The notes under the pieces: model-generated
What the model saw: the letters and a program-made list of their open reading frames with translations, nothing else
What the model was told of the DNA's origin: nothing
The model's database searches: none
Assembly: GCA_949065595.1 (NCBI GenBank)
Contig: CARSXK010000002.1
Location: 29,387-93,386, forward strand
From: an uncultured Bacilli bacterium
GTDB taxonomy: Bacteria; Bacillota_I; Bacilli_A; RF39; UBA660
Reading direction: 5' to 3'
Length of the DNA stretch: 64,000 nt
Program-made: the position numbers and the translations under genes
Shown here: positions 10,179 through 20,601 of the stretch, one piece after another
How positions within the stretch are numbered: position 1 is the first letter of the stretch
Layout of the letters: each line of letters opens with the position of its first letter

Positions 10179-11675
10179 TTAAAATTCCATATTCATCAAA
10201 TCATCATCATCCAAAGAGAAGGAATCTTCTTCTTTTTTAGTTAAAATCTCTTTTTTGCTTTCTGCTGGTTTCTTTTTAATATCCTTTAAAAAAGCGTCAA
10301 AGGAATCATCTAATTTATTTTCCTTTTCTAATTCTGTGGTTTCCCAAATCGATTTTTCTGGAATCACATCTTCCACATAATCAGCTACAAAAGACTGTTT
10401 CTGTTCCGATTTTGGTTGAGATTGTTCTTGTGCTATAGAAGTGTAATCGAGTGCTGATTTTAAATCATAAGAACCACTATCTTTACGATCATCATTTTCA
10501 AGTTCAATTAATTTCAACACTTCTTCAAAAGTAGTAAGTCCATTGGCTACTTTTTCAAGCCCATCTTCTAATAAAGTAGTTACATCTGCTCGATATACTA
10601 ACTCTCGCAATTTTTCTTTTGGAAGATTACTGCTAATCGCATCCTTAATTTCTTGATTAACCAGTAGGACCTCTTGAATTGCAATACGACCTTTGTACCC
10701 ATTTCCACATTCTTCGCATCCATCAGTTGTATATATCTCATCAATATCGCGATGCAATACCTTCTTAAATAAATCTTTTTCATATTGATTTGTTTTCTTT
10801 ATTTGCCGACAATGTGGACATAAACGACGTGCTAATTTCTGTGAAATAATACCAGTTAAGGCACTTGCGAGTAAATATCGTTCTACTTCCATATCCAATA
10901 AACGTTCAATCGTATTCAGTGAACTATTGGTATGAATTGTAGATAATACGATATGTCCTGTAATAGAAGCACGAACCGCAATACGAGCTGTTTCAGTATC
11001 ACGAATTTCTCCAATCATAATAACATTAGGGTCTTGACGCAAAATGGAACGCAATGCTGTTGCGAATGTAAGTCCAATTTCACTATTGGTTTGAACTTGG
11101 TTTACACCTTCAATATTCATTTCAATCGGATCTTCTACTGTAATAATATTGGTATCCTCACGATTCAAGCGCTGCAAAATCGAATATACTGTTGTCGATT
11201 TTCCAGAACCAGTTGCTCCTGTAACCAAAATAATTCCATTAGGCATAGAAATCATTTTTAATACTTTTTGATAATTTCTCTCACTAAACCCTAATGTCTC
11301 TAATCCACTAGAACTCATACTGTAATCTAAAATACGAATAACTATTTTTTCTCCATCCAAGGTAGGGAGACAAGAAACACGCAAATCTAAATTGACATCT
11401 TGCAAAGTGGCCTTAATCGCACCATCTTGTGGCAATCTCGTCTCTGTAATATTCATTCCAGAAATAATTTTTACACGTGTAATTAAATTTTTCTTAATAG
11501 TATTTGGTATTTCAGCGTAGTCAATTAAAGCCCCATCAATTCGAATACGAACCTTCATATACTTATCGAGTGGATCAAAGTGAATATCACTCGCACCTCG
11601 TTTACTGGCGTCGACTAAAATATCGTTTACAATTTCTACGACTGGCATTTTTTCAAAATCAAATTTTTTTAACAT
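10179..11675 (-). CDS. type II/IV secretion ATPase (PilB/ComGA-like) with acidic C-terminal tail
   Basis: GASDIHF, Walker A GATGSGKST, Asp/His boxes (IMIGEIRD, TGH.VLSTIHTN) and a tetracysteine CPHC...CEEC motif, plus a ~105-aa extra acidic tail. Confidence 0.85.
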   Translation of the reverse strand: MLKKFDFEKMPVVEIVNDILVDASKRGASDIHFDPLDKYMKVRIRIDGALIDYAEIPNTIKKNLITRVKIISGMNITETRLPQDGAIKATLQDVNLDLRVSCLPTLDGEKIVIRILDYSMSSSGLETLGFSERNYQKVLKMISMPNGIILVTGATGSGKSTTVYSILQRLNREDTNIITVEDPIEMNIEGVNQVQTNSEIGLTFATALRSILRQDPNVIMIGEIRDTETARIAVRASITGHIVLSTIHTNSSLNTIERLLDMEVERYLLASALTGIISQKLARRLCPHCRQIKKTNQYEKDLFKKVLHRDIDEIYTTDGCEECGNGYKGRIAIQEVLLVNQEIKDAISSNLPKEKLRELVYRADVTTLLEDGLEKVANGLTTFEEVLKLIELENDDRKDSGSYDLKSALDYTSIAQEQSQPKSEQKQSFVADYVEDVIPEKSIWETTELEKENKLDDSFDAFLKDIKKKPAESKKEILTKKEEDSFSLDDDDLMNMEF

Positions 11676-11783
11676 GGATTCACAACCCCTTTATATTCCT
11701 TTTTATTCAACTTAGGACTAGCATTTATCCTGAAACTATTATATAATAGATTTGTTATAAATACAATAAAAAGGAGTTAACTT

Positions 11784-12275
11784 ATGAAAAAAAGTAAACA
11801 GGGATTTACCTTAACAGAAACTTTACTGGTTTCCACATTTGTCATTGGAACACTTGTATATTTATATGTCCAATTTTCAAATATCAAAAAAAATTATGAT
11901 ATGAGTTTTGAAAGAGATACTATCCCTGAACTTTATTATGTCCAAAATATCAATTCTTATTTATCTAAAACAGATATTAGTAATATTACAAATGCTTTAA
12001 GCACAAATGAATACATCGAAATTGAATCTTGTTCTTTTACCATTTCATCCGAAACATACTGTAGAAATTTAATGGAAATGGCCAATGTAAAAAAAGCCAT
12101 TGTGGTTAAAGCAGACCTTACCAATTTGAAACAACAACTCCAAGAAACAATTGCCAATCCATTCAGTGAAAAAATGTATCAATACATTTTAAGCTTACCA
12201 AATTCCAATATTCAAAAACAACGATTGATTGTAGAATTTATAAATGGAACCGTTGCTTCGTTACAAATGTCATAG
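11784..12275 (+). CDS. prepilin-type N-terminal cleavage/methylation domain protein (pseudopilin)
   Basis: MKKSKQG/FTLTETLLV class III signal peptide; RBS AAGGAG. Confidence 0.75.
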   Translation: MKKSKQGFTLTETLLVSTFVIGTLVYLYVQFSNIKKNYDMSFERDTIPELYYVQNINSYLSKTDISNITNALSTNEYIEIESCSFTISSETYCRNLMEMANVKKAIVVKADLTNLKQQLQETIANPFSEKMYQYILSLPNSNIQKQRLIVEFINGTVASLQMS

Positions 12276-12288
12276 AAGAGGTGATAAA

Positions 12289-12855
12289 ATGAAAAAAAAG
12301 AAAGGGTTTACCTTAATTGAAATTATTGTTACATTTAGTTTAATTTCTGTTGTAGTTATTTTATTATTTGAAATTATCATTTCCTTAAGAGAAGTATATA
12401 TCAAAGGAGATTTTCAAACAACATTATTAAGTAAACAAGGAATTATTACTCAAAAAATAAACGCAGATTTAGAAACATTGAAACTCAAAAAAATAACAAG
12501 CTGTGGTGCTTTTTGTATCACATTCGAATATCAAACAGGGGATCGCTATAATCTATCATTGAATCTAGAAAAAAATCATATCCAATATCATGATTATACT
12601 TGGGAACTAAAAGATGGAAGCACGATTGGGCAAGTAGAAACTTCCATCTATCAGGACCAACTGATTCATACCACAGATATAGAAAATGCCATATTAAAAA
12701 TTGATATTCCAATTCACCATAAACTATTGGAAAAAGACTACGGAATTCATATTATATATCAATATAATACAGCCATTACATCCATTCCAAACCGAATATC
12801 AAAACCTACTAACATTACAGAAGAGCAACATCAAAAATATAGTTTTTTTAGATAA
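12289..12855 (+). CDS. prepilin-type N-terminal cleavage/methylation domain protein (pseudopilin)
   Basis: MKKKKG/FTLIEIIV class III signal. ATG at 12289 follows RBS GAGGTGA; the track start at 12244 is rejected. Confidence 0.75.
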   Translation: MKKKKGFTLIEIIVTFSLISVVVILLFEIIISLREVYIKGDFQTTLLSKQGIITQKINADLETLKLKKITSCGAFCITFEYQTGDRYNLSLNLEKNHIQYHDYTWELKDGSTIGQVETSIYQDQLIHTTDIENAILKIDIPIHHKLLEKDYGIHIIYQYNTAITSIPNRISKPTNITEEQHQKYSFFR

Positions 12856-13828
12856 GTAAAAGCCAAAAATCAAATAAAAGAAACATTAAAATACCCGCAA
12901 TCGCACTATGTAAAAGACGTGCAGTAAAAAAAGGCAGGTATTTTATTTTGGTGTCACTGATAATACTTAATACTTGCATATGTACACTAAGTCCTCCAAA
13001 AGATAAAATCATGACAGTCAAAATACTTTTTATTTTTAAAGGAATGCTCAACATACTTACATATTTCAGCCCTTGTGTCATTTCAATAAAACCATTAAGT
13101 GTACTTTGATATAATACATTTAAGTTCAAATTGTGATCAATAATAGTTGTAAGAACCAAAAACATAGTCACTGTCCCTAAAATCAATAATAATGTTTGAA
13201 TACTATTGGTAAGAGCTGTCGTAATCATTTGCCCAAATGTTTTTTGATTATGAATCCTTTTTTGATGCATGGCATCAATTGCCCGTTTCAAAGAAATCTT
13301 GCCACATTCCTTCTTACTCTTATAATAGCCTCGAAATAGAAAACCAATGATTATGTTGGTGACATAATGACAAATTAAAATCAGTAAGCCAACTTCCTTA
13401 TTTTTTAAAAACAAAAGAGATACTGTCCCTAAAATAAAAAGGGGATTGGAAAAATGAGTAAATGTCAGTAATTTAGTTGCTTCTTCAGCATTTAACATTC
13501 CTTTTAAATAAAGTTCTCTTGTATATTTAGCATTACTTGGAAATCCAGAAACCAAACTCATGAAAAAAACAAAAGAAGCTGCACCATTCATACAAAATAA
13601 CTTTGACATTAAGGGCCTAAAAAGTTCAGACAATAGCTCTACAAACCCATAATGAATTAAAATTTCGGATAATACAAAAAAGGGGAAAAGAGAAGGGAAG
13701 ATATTAGTTTGCCAAATTTGAAAAGAAAATTGAACCGATTCCATAATGGTTTTCGACTCTGTTAATATTTCAAATGCAACAAACAATAAAAGGAATAAAA
13801 TCAAAATACTAGTTCCTATTTTTTTCAA
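12848..13828 (-). CDS. ylbJ: sporulation integral membrane protein YlbJ-like (nucleoside-recognition domain)
   Basis: Polytopic membrane protein with Gate-domain-like patterns (FPSLFPFFVLSEIL, SGFPSNA); neighbours ylbL as in Bacillus. Confidence 0.6.
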   Translation of the reverse strand: MKKIGTSILILFLLLFVAFEILTESKTIMESVQFSFQIWQTNIFPSLFPFFVLSEILIHYGFVELLSELFRPLMSKLFCMNGAASFVFFMSLVSGFPSNAKYTRELYLKGMLNAEEATKLLTFTHFSNPLFILGTVSLLFLKNKEVGLLILICHYVTNIIIGFLFRGYYKSKKECGKISLKRAIDAMHQKRIHNQKTFGQMITTALTNSIQTLLLILGTVTMFLVLTTIIDHNLNLNVLYQSTLNGFIEMTQGLKYVSMLSIPLKIKSILTVMILSFGGLSVHMQVLSIISDTKIKYLPFFTARLLHSAIAGILMFLLFDFWLLLI

Positions 13829-13907
13829 ACCAAAACACTTCCTTACTTGTTAAATTATATGATATAATTTAACAGATAATCATAAAATAAAAAGAGAGGA
13901 TAAATTT

Positions 13908-14924
13908 ATGATCAAACAAATATTTCAAAAAATAAAACAAATAGTAAAAGAAAATAGAAAGTTTTTCATCCTATTTTTGGTTTTGTTAATCCTATTTACA
14001 TATGAATTTCCTTATTATATTGAAACACCTGGAGGAACCATTGATATTTCTTCCCGAATTGAAGTAGAAAAAGGCTATTCTTCCACCGGTTCATTTCATT
14101 TGGCCTATGTATCAGAACGCAAAGCCACCATTCCCACCTTACTAATATCCCGATTTAAAAAAGATTGGGATATCATCAAACGAAGTGAAATGGTAATGGA
14201 AAATGAAGAGCTGAAAGATGTCTATTTTAGAGACCATCTGCAGTTAGAAGAGGCCAATCAAAATGCAATCCTTGTAGCGTATCAAAAAGCTTCAAAAACA
14301 GTCAATAAAATAAACAGTCATTTATACGTAACCTACATTGATCCGCTTGCTGAAACCGATTTAAAAGTAGGGGATGAAATTCTCCAAATAAATGGAATTA
14401 CAATTACAGAAAAAACAGAACTACAAGCAATCATTGCATCTCATGAGACAGACACAATACTAGAATTTACAATCTTACGAAATCAAAAAGAAAAAAAAGC
14501 ACAAGCCAAAATAATTGCTTATCAAGAAGCTAAGATGATTGGTCTTATGATAACCGAAAAACAAGAGTTAGAAACCGATCCTCAAATTACCTTTCATTTT
14601 AAGTCTTCCGAATCAGGGCCTTCTGGAGGATTGATGATGGCACTAGCTATATACAATCAATTAGTCAAAGAAGATATTACAAAAGGGAAAAAAATCGTTG
14701 GAACAGGAACGATTGATTCAGAAGGAAATGTGGGACAAATTGCTGGTGTTAAATATAAATTAAAAGGGGCAGAAAAAGCCAAAGCTGACATTTTCTTTGT
14801 CCCCAATGGAAAAAATTATGAAGAAGCAATTCAACTGAAAAATGATTTCGATTATGAAATTGAAATAGTAGGAGTTAATACTTTTGATGAAGCTCTAGAA
14901 TATTTAAAAACCTATATCAACTAA
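13908..14924 (+). CDS. PDZ domain / Lon-like serine protease (YlbL/SepM family)
   Basis: N-terminal TM, PDZ (VGDEILQINGI) and Lon_C-like ESGPSGGLMMAL catalytic serine region. Confidence 0.75.
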   Translation: MIKQIFQKIKQIVKENRKFFILFLVLLILFTYEFPYYIETPGGTIDISSRIEVEKGYSSTGSFHLAYVSERKATIPTLLISRFKKDWDIIKRSEMVMENEELKDVYFRDHLQLEEANQNAILVAYQKASKTVNKINSHLYVTYIDPLAETDLKVGDEILQINGITITEKTELQAIIASHETDTILEFTILRNQKEKKAQAKIIAYQEAKMIGLMITEKQELETDPQITFHFKSSESGPSGGLMMALAIYNQLVKEDITKGKKIVGTGTIDSEGNVGQIAGVKYKLKGAEKAKADIFFVPNGKNYEEAIQLKNDFDYEIEIVGVNTFDEALEYLKTYIN

Positions 14925-14925
14925 T

Positions 14926-14954
14926 AAAGTGAGACTACCATCTCACTTTATTTT
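14926..14954. terminator. bidirectional terminator hairpin
   Basis: AAAGTGAGA(14926-14934)/TCTCACTTT(14941-14949), a perfect 9-bp stem between convergent genes, flanked by A/T runs. Confidence 0.6.
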
Positions 14955-15868
14955 GCTTCTTGATAAATCATTTTGTCAAAAGTATGCTCTGTTAAATCTT
15001 CTTTTTCTAATTCTTCAGTTGAAATTAAGAAAAAGTTATGCTGCAAGGTATGGATGGTTCCATTGTTTACAACAGGATCATCCCAAGTCAAATCCAAATG
15101 TTTCCATTCGCCATCAATATAAACGAGATTCCAGATATGTTTTTGACTAGCAATTTTATAATTTGGAATTCCCATTTTATCTAAAAATAAAGCCATCGCA
15201 TCTGTATACCCACCACATACCGCCTTTCCTGTAAACAAAGGCCCATATGCAGTATTAGAATACGAAATGGTTTCTGTATTATTTTTGTAGTTTTCTGCAT
15301 GTTCCTGGTCATATACTGTATGCTCAATAATATAGTCATGTACAACTTTTATTTTTTCTCTATTGGACATAGAATCTGTGATTAATTCATTATATAGTTC
15401 ATTTATTTTAAGAGCGATTTGTTTTTTTTGTTCCTCTGTATACAATCGTTCAAATTGAATGTTTACACGTCCAAAAGAATTCATATCCACATAGATCCGA
15501 TGATAAGAATTATAAGTTACAACAAAATTGTTAATATTGGACAATATGGTACTATTTTTAGTAATGGTTTTGACATCTTCCATACAATTAGGATATTTTT
15601 CCTCACAATAAAAGGTAACTTCACTCCAACCACCATCCAAAGCAGTATAAAACAAGTTTAAAATATCTTGAGAATTGTTGGGATAAAATTGTTCCGTTTT
15701 TTGGACGTACATCCAATCTTGAGGTCGCATATAAGTATTAGAATTTTGTATTTGTAATGAATCTTGATATATAAAATGAATCATTATAAATCGAATCATT
15801 GGGTTACGATAAGTATACAATAAGAAAATCATTCCCAATAGAAAGAATACTGTCAATAACTTTTTCAT
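14948..15868 (-). CDS. transglutaminase-like domain protein (membrane anchored)
   Basis: Cys-His-Asp core: AVCGGYTDA ... HIWNLVYIDGEWKHLDLTWDD. ATG at 15868 follows RBS AGGTGG. Confidence 0.7.
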   Translation of the reverse strand: MKKLLTVFFLLGMIFLLYTYRNPMIRFIMIHFIYQDSLQIQNSNTYMRPQDWMYVQKTEQFYPNNSQDILNLFYTALDGGWSEVTFYCEEKYPNCMEDVKTITKNSTILSNINNFVVTYNSYHRIYVDMNSFGRVNIQFERLYTEEQKKQIALKINELYNELITDSMSNREKIKVVHDYIIEHTVYDQEHAENYKNNTETISYSNTAYGPLFTGKAVCGGYTDAMALFLDKMGIPNYKIASQKHIWNLVYIDGEWKHLDLTWDDPVVNNGTIHTLQHNFFLISTEELEKEDLTEHTFDKMIYQEAK

Positions 15869-15958
15869 AAAACCACCTATAATAACTATATCATAAAATA
15901 AATTTTTCAAAACAAAAAAATGATATTTCTACCATTTTTATCAAAACTAAAGGCTAAA

Positions 15959-16222
15959 TTATTGCATAGAATTCACTTTAATGGTTAAACGTGATTTATT
16001 ACGTGCTACATAATTTGCAGTAACAACACCTGCTGCACATGCCTTATCAATTTTTTTAATAGCTACATGTAATGCTTCTTCTGCTGCAGCTTTATCTTTG
16101 GATGTAATTGCTTTTTCCACATTTTTAATGGCTGTTTTCATACTTGCTTTAAAGTCATTATTACTCACTTTTCTTTTGGCAATTGTCTTTACAGCTTTTT
16201 TCGCATTTTTCATATTTGGCAT
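15959..16222 (-). CDS. rpsT: 30S ribosomal protein S20
   Basis: MPNMKNAKKAVKT...N start and 87-aa basic helical protein; RBS GGAGGTGAG. Confidence 0.9.
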   Translation of the reverse strand: MPNMKNAKKAVKTIAKRKVSNNDFKASMKTAIKNVEKAITSKDKAAAEEALHVAIKKIDKACAAGVVTANYVARNKSRLTIKVNSMQ

Positions 16223-16325
16223 AATCTCACCTCCATGTCATCACTAATCTATTCTATTCTAACAAATTTTAGAAAAAAATGCAATAAAAACTTATATTTG
16301 GGAAAAATATAGTGAGGTGATGAGG

Positions 16326-17360
16326 ATGAATCATGAAATTGATTTAAGTAAATATCAAATTAGAACAGATTTAACACTAGAAGCAGTTGAAAATGTAACA
16401 GATAAAACAGGCATTGAAGAAACTACCCATGAAGAGGAAAATATCAAAGTAACCAAAATTACTTTAGATCATGCCTCAGCAAAAACCATTCAAAAAAAAG
16501 AAGGAGATTATATTACTATTGAGTTCAAAGACATTAGTGATTATCAAAATCGTGAAAAAGTAAAAGAAATGTTTACAAAATATTTAAAAGAACTATTGGA
16601 AAAAGAGCATATTAGTAAAGACGCAAAATGCTTGATGGTAGGTCTTGGAAATCGGAAATCAACACCAGATGCTTTAGGGCCACTGACTATAGATCAAATT
16701 TTAGTCACCAACCACTTATTTCTTTTAGATACACCAGAAGAAGGCTTTCGACCCGTATGTGCGATTGCACCTGGTGTTATGGGAGAAACAGGAATGGAAA
16801 CAAGTGACTTGATACAAAGTGTAATTGTCTCTACCAAGCCTGACTTTGTCATTGTAGTTGACGCACTTGCAAGCCAATCCATTACACGGATTAACAAAAC
16901 CATCCAAATGAGTAATACAGGTATTCATCCAGGAAGTGGAATTGGAAACAGTCGCAAAGAAATTAGCAAAGAAATATTAGGAATTCCGGTGATTGCCGTT
17001 GGCGTTCCAACTGTAGTAGATGCAGTTACAGTGGTAAGTGATACTTTTCAATTTTTACATAAATTTTATGCCTTTCAAAAAGATTTTGCCCATAATCCAA
17101 TGCAAAAAATGATACATGGACAAATGAATTATTTAAAACAAAACATCTCTATCAAAGAAGAAGAAAAAAAAGAATTATTTGGAATTCTTGGTAATTTTAA
17201 TGAAGAAGAAACAAAAATACTGATTAATGAAGTATTAACGCCAATTGGTTATAACTTAATGGTGACACCCAAAGAAGTCGATTTTGTAATGCAAAATTTA
17301 AGTGATGTACTAGGAAATGGAATCAATTTAGCGCTTCATGAAAAAGTAACTCATTTATAA
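16326..17360 (+). CDS. gpr: GPR endopeptidase (spore germination protease)
   Basis: IRTDLTLEAVE, GLGNRKSTPDALGP, VDALAS and TGIHPGSG(I)GN motifs colinear with Bacillus Gpr. Confidence 0.85.
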   Translation: MNHEIDLSKYQIRTDLTLEAVENVTDKTGIEETTHEEENIKVTKITLDHASAKTIQKKEGDYITIEFKDISDYQNREKVKEMFTKYLKELLEKEHISKDAKCLMVGLGNRKSTPDALGPLTIDQILVTNHLFLLDTPEEGFRPVCAIAPGVMGETGMETSDLIQSVIVSTKPDFVIVVDALASQSITRINKTIQMSNTGIHPGSGIGNSRKEISKEILGIPVIAVGVPTVVDAVTVVSDTFQFLHKFYAFQKDFAHNPMQKMIHGQMNYLKQNISIKEEEKKELFGILGNFNEEETKILINEVLTPIGYNLMVTPKEVDFVMQNLSDVLGNGINLALHEKVTHL

Positions 17361-17580
17361 AAGAAGGATTTGGCCTTCTTTTATTTGGTATATACTAATA
17401 TAGAAGAAATATACATTCCAATCATTGCAATTAATAATATAATCGCAACAATTCTTTTTCCATTTATTTTCTTTTTTTTCTTTTGCATTCAGCTCACCTC
17501 AACAGTATCATTATACAATAATTATGAAAAAAAAGGAATATTCTAATTTTTATTTCATATGTTTCATTAGAGGTGAGCAT

Positions 17581-18210
17581 ATGAGCGAAGCAATGGACAA
17601 GCTAAAAGCGAAAACAAAGACAAACAAACAAATGATACTATTTTTGAGTGGAATTTCTTTAATTGGACTTCTCTTTGGTTCTATTTTTATTACTGTAATA
17701 TCCAAACAAGACCAAAGCTTAATTCAATCTTATATGGAACGTTTTGTAAATACTGTACAAAATGGAAAATTAAACTATGCTAACGCAATTCTAAATACAC
17801 TGGTTTCTAATTTTAGTTTTACTTCTATTATTTGGTTACTTGGCATTTCCATTATTGGAATTCCTATTATTTTATTCATGTACTTCACAAAATCATTTAT
17901 GATTGGCTTTTCAATCGCATCTTTTATTCTAAAATATAAAGCAAAGGGTGTATTATATGCAATTGTATATATTTTCCCACATCACTTAATCAACCTAATT
18001 GTATTTACCTTATTATTGATTTATTCTCTCAAATTTTCTTACTACTTACTAAATTCTATCCTAAAAAAGAAAACCATCCATTTCAAAACTTTAATGAACC
18101 CTTATTTAAGTGTTCTTGTAATAGTAATGGTTACATTATTGATTACAAGTCTATATGAAACATTTGCAGTTCCTTATTTTTTAAAACAATTGCTTCATGT
18201 CGTAAAATAA
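17581..18210 (+). CDS. spoIIM: stage II sporulation protein M
   Basis: Five-TM protein with the PHHLINLIVF region typical of SpoIIM. ATG at 17581 follows RBS GAGGTGAG. Confidence 0.7.
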   Translation: MSEAMDKLKAKTKTNKQMILFLSGISLIGLLFGSIFITVISKQDQSLIQSYMERFVNTVQNGKLNYANAILNTLVSNFSFTSIIWLLGISIIGIPIILFMYFTKSFMIGFSIASFILKYKAKGVLYAIVYIFPHHLINLIVFTLLLIYSLKFSYYLLNSILKKKTIHFKTLMNPYLSVLVIVMVTLLITSLYETFAVPYFLKQLLHVVK

Positions 18211-18276
18211 AACAGATACCCTCTGTTTTTTTATGTTAATGCATGCTATAATAAAAAAAGAAATTGAGGGACGTTT

Positions 18277-19383
18277 ATGAAAAAAGTAGTCATTGGAATG
18301 AGTGGGGGAGTTGATAGTAGTGTCGCTGCCATTCGATTAAAAGAACAAGGATATGAAGTCATCGGTCTATTTATGCGCAATTGGGATAGCAGTATTAATA
18401 ATGATATTTTAGGAAATCCAACACTTCAAAATAATATTTGTCCACAAGAACAAGATTATAATGATGCGTTAGCAGTTTGTGAAAAATTAAATATTCCCTT
18501 ACATCGTGTTGATTTTGTAAAAGAGTATTGGGATTATGTTTTTACCTATTTTTTAGAAGAATTAAAAAAGGGTAGAACCCCAAATCCTGATATTATGTGT
18601 AATAAATATATTAAATTTGATATGTTTGTAAAGGAAGCTATAAAAATAGGTGCAGATTATATCGCAACAGGACATTATGCCAGAATAAAAGAAGGAAAGC
18701 TATTAAGAGGCATAGATTCTAACAAAGATCAAACCTATTTTTTATCACAACTTTCTCAAAAACAATTATCAAATGTCCTATTTCCAATCGGAGATTTAAA
18801 AAAAGAAAAAGTTCGTGAAATTGCCCAAGAATATCAGCTAATTACAGCCCATAAAAAAGATTCTACAGGAATTTGTTTTATTGGAGAACGAAATTTTACC
18901 AATTTTTTAAAAAACTATCTTCCCAATACACCTGGCAAAATTATTAATATTGAAACCAATATAGAGGTAGGAGAGCATATTGGATTGATGTATTATACCA
19001 TTGGACAAAGAAGGGGGCTCAATCTAGGGGGAAATGAAAATCGTTTCTTTGTAGTTGGTAAAGATTTGCCTCAAAACATCCTTTATGTCGCACTAAAGGA
19101 AGATAATCCCTATCTATTAAGTGATTCTTGTATTGTTGAAATGGTGAATTGGATAGGAAGTGTAAAACCTGACTATTGTAGTGCAAAGTTCAGATATCGC
19201 CAAAAAGACCATGAGGTTGGTTTGACTTTTTTAGAAAACAATGAGATTTTAGTATCATATCCCCAACAAGTTAAGGCAGTTACACCTGGTCAAGCTTGTG
19301 TATTTTATTTAGAAGAAGAATGTCTTGGTGGTGGGATTATCAAAGAAGTGCGAAAAAACAACCAAAAACTTTGGTATTTATAG
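18277..19383 (+). CDS. mnmA: tRNA 2-thiouridine(34) synthase MnmA
   Basis: PP-loop VIGMSGGVDSSVAA; TPNPDIMCN, ATGHYAR, KDQTYFL and DSTGICFIGER motifs. Confidence 0.9.
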   Translation: MKKVVIGMSGGVDSSVAAIRLKEQGYEVIGLFMRNWDSSINNDILGNPTLQNNICPQEQDYNDALAVCEKLNIPLHRVDFVKEYWDYVFTYFLEELKKGRTPNPDIMCNKYIKFDMFVKEAIKIGADYIATGHYARIKEGKLLRGIDSNKDQTYFLSQLSQKQLSNVLFPIGDLKKEKVREIAQEYQLITAHKKDSTGICFIGERNFTNFLKNYLPNTPGKIINIETNIEVGEHIGLMYYTIGQRRGLNLGGNENRFFVVGKDLPQNILYVALKEDNPYLLSDSCIVEMVNWIGSVKPDYCSAKFRYRQKDHEVGLTFLENNEILVSYPQQVKAVTPGQACVFYLEEECLGGGIIKEVRKNNQKLWYL

Positions 19384-19454
19384 GTATACTTTTGCTTTAC
19401 ACTTGACATTGAAGATTAAAATGACTAAAATGATAGTAGGAGGTTTTATGATAT

Positions 19455-20243
19455 ATGGAATTATTAAACGAAATATTACATGAACTAGGTATATCAAAAG
19501 TAAAACTCGCTAAATTTTTAGGGGTATCCAGACAAATGATTTATAATTATCTGGAATTGGATGACATTAATAAATGGCCAAAAGATAAAAAAGTACTTTT
19601 ATTAAATTTATTAGGAATTAAATCAGCAGATGAATTAAATACAATTAAAGTAGATACCGATTATATTTTAAGCGTAGAATCACGCATTAATTCTTTGTTT
19701 GAAAACACCATGAAAGTAGAAGCTACAACAGATGCATCAACCATTTACAATGGTCTTGGAAAGAAACAAAAGGAATTACTATCTAATATTATTGGATTAT
19801 TAAAGGAAAATTTAGAAGATGATACAGAGAGTAGCGGAGATACCTATTATGCTTATTTGTATTTATATCATTTTATTCAGGCAATGGAAACTTCAAAAGA
19901 ATTAAAATACATATTAGGCTATGTTGCAAAATCAACTGGCTTTATTAAACCACTGGAATATGTGTTTGATGAAGAAGAACAATTCATGTTTGAAAGTATA
20001 ATGTTTTCCGCAATGACATTATACAATGGTGGTGGCGTTTCCAAACAAAAAATCGCAGAATCACATCGCCGTTTCATTAACCAAATTGAACATAAAATGG
20101 AAGAAAAAATGAGTCGTACAATGGAATTAAATACCATTAAGGTACAAGCGTTAAAGGAACTTGGATATACAGAAATTAGTGAATCCAATGCTGCAGAAGT
20201 ATTTGAAAAAATTGCAGAAATTCAATCTAGAAAAGTTGCTTAA
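19455..20243 (+). CDS. helix-turn-helix domain protein, function unknown
   Basis: N-terminal HTH (ISKVKLAKFLGVSRQMIYNYL); remainder not recognised. Confidence 0.5.
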   Translation: MELLNEILHELGISKVKLAKFLGVSRQMIYNYLELDDINKWPKDKKVLLLNLLGIKSADELNTIKVDTDYILSVESRINSLFENTMKVEATTDASTIYNGLGKKQKELLSNIIGLLKENLEDDTESSGDTYYAYLYLYHFIQAMETSKELKYILGYVAKSTGFIKPLEYVFDEEEQFMFESIMFSAMTLYNGGGVSKQKIAESHRRFINQIEHKMEEKMSRTMELNTIKVQALKELGYTEISESNAAEVFEKIAEIQSRKVA

Positions 20244-20271
20244 ATACAAACGAATTTGTTTGTATTTTTTT
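20244..20271 (+). terminator. Rho-independent terminator
   Basis: ATACAAAC(20244-20251)/GTTTGTAT(20258-20265) stem followed by a T7 run. Confidence 0.7.
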
Positions 20272-20601
20272 ATTTAAGTCACAACAACATTTTTCTTTTT
20301 ATTTCGACTCCCCTTTTCAAAAAAAAACAGAAAAGAGTAGAAGAGTAGTGCTATTAAAATTAGTCCATTACTTAATACTACTATTCATAACTTAAAATGG
20401 AACCATTCAAATTAAGCTCAAACTGAAGCAAATACATACTACATAATACATTAAAAATAGTTCATAATACAAATGGTTTAAATTTTATATTCCTGGTACA
20501 AAGTTCAAAACTCTGTTAGAATTATTTATTGTCTATATAGTTGATTAGTATAATAATGATCCGTTTTCTTATAAATACCTTCAAACACACTCCTTTTTAC
20601 A

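Noticed and set aside
14929-15150. 73-aa + strand ORF after the ylbL-like gene
   Set aside because: It starts inside the bidirectional terminator and runs antisense to the transglutaminase-like gene. There is no RBS.
17354-17488. 44-aa - strand ORF (MQKKKKKINGKRIVAIILLIAMIGMY...) with RBS GAGGTG between gpr and spoIIM
   Set aside because: It is plausible as a small membrane protein, but it overlaps the gpr stop and terminator and has no recognisable family. I kept it out of the feature list.
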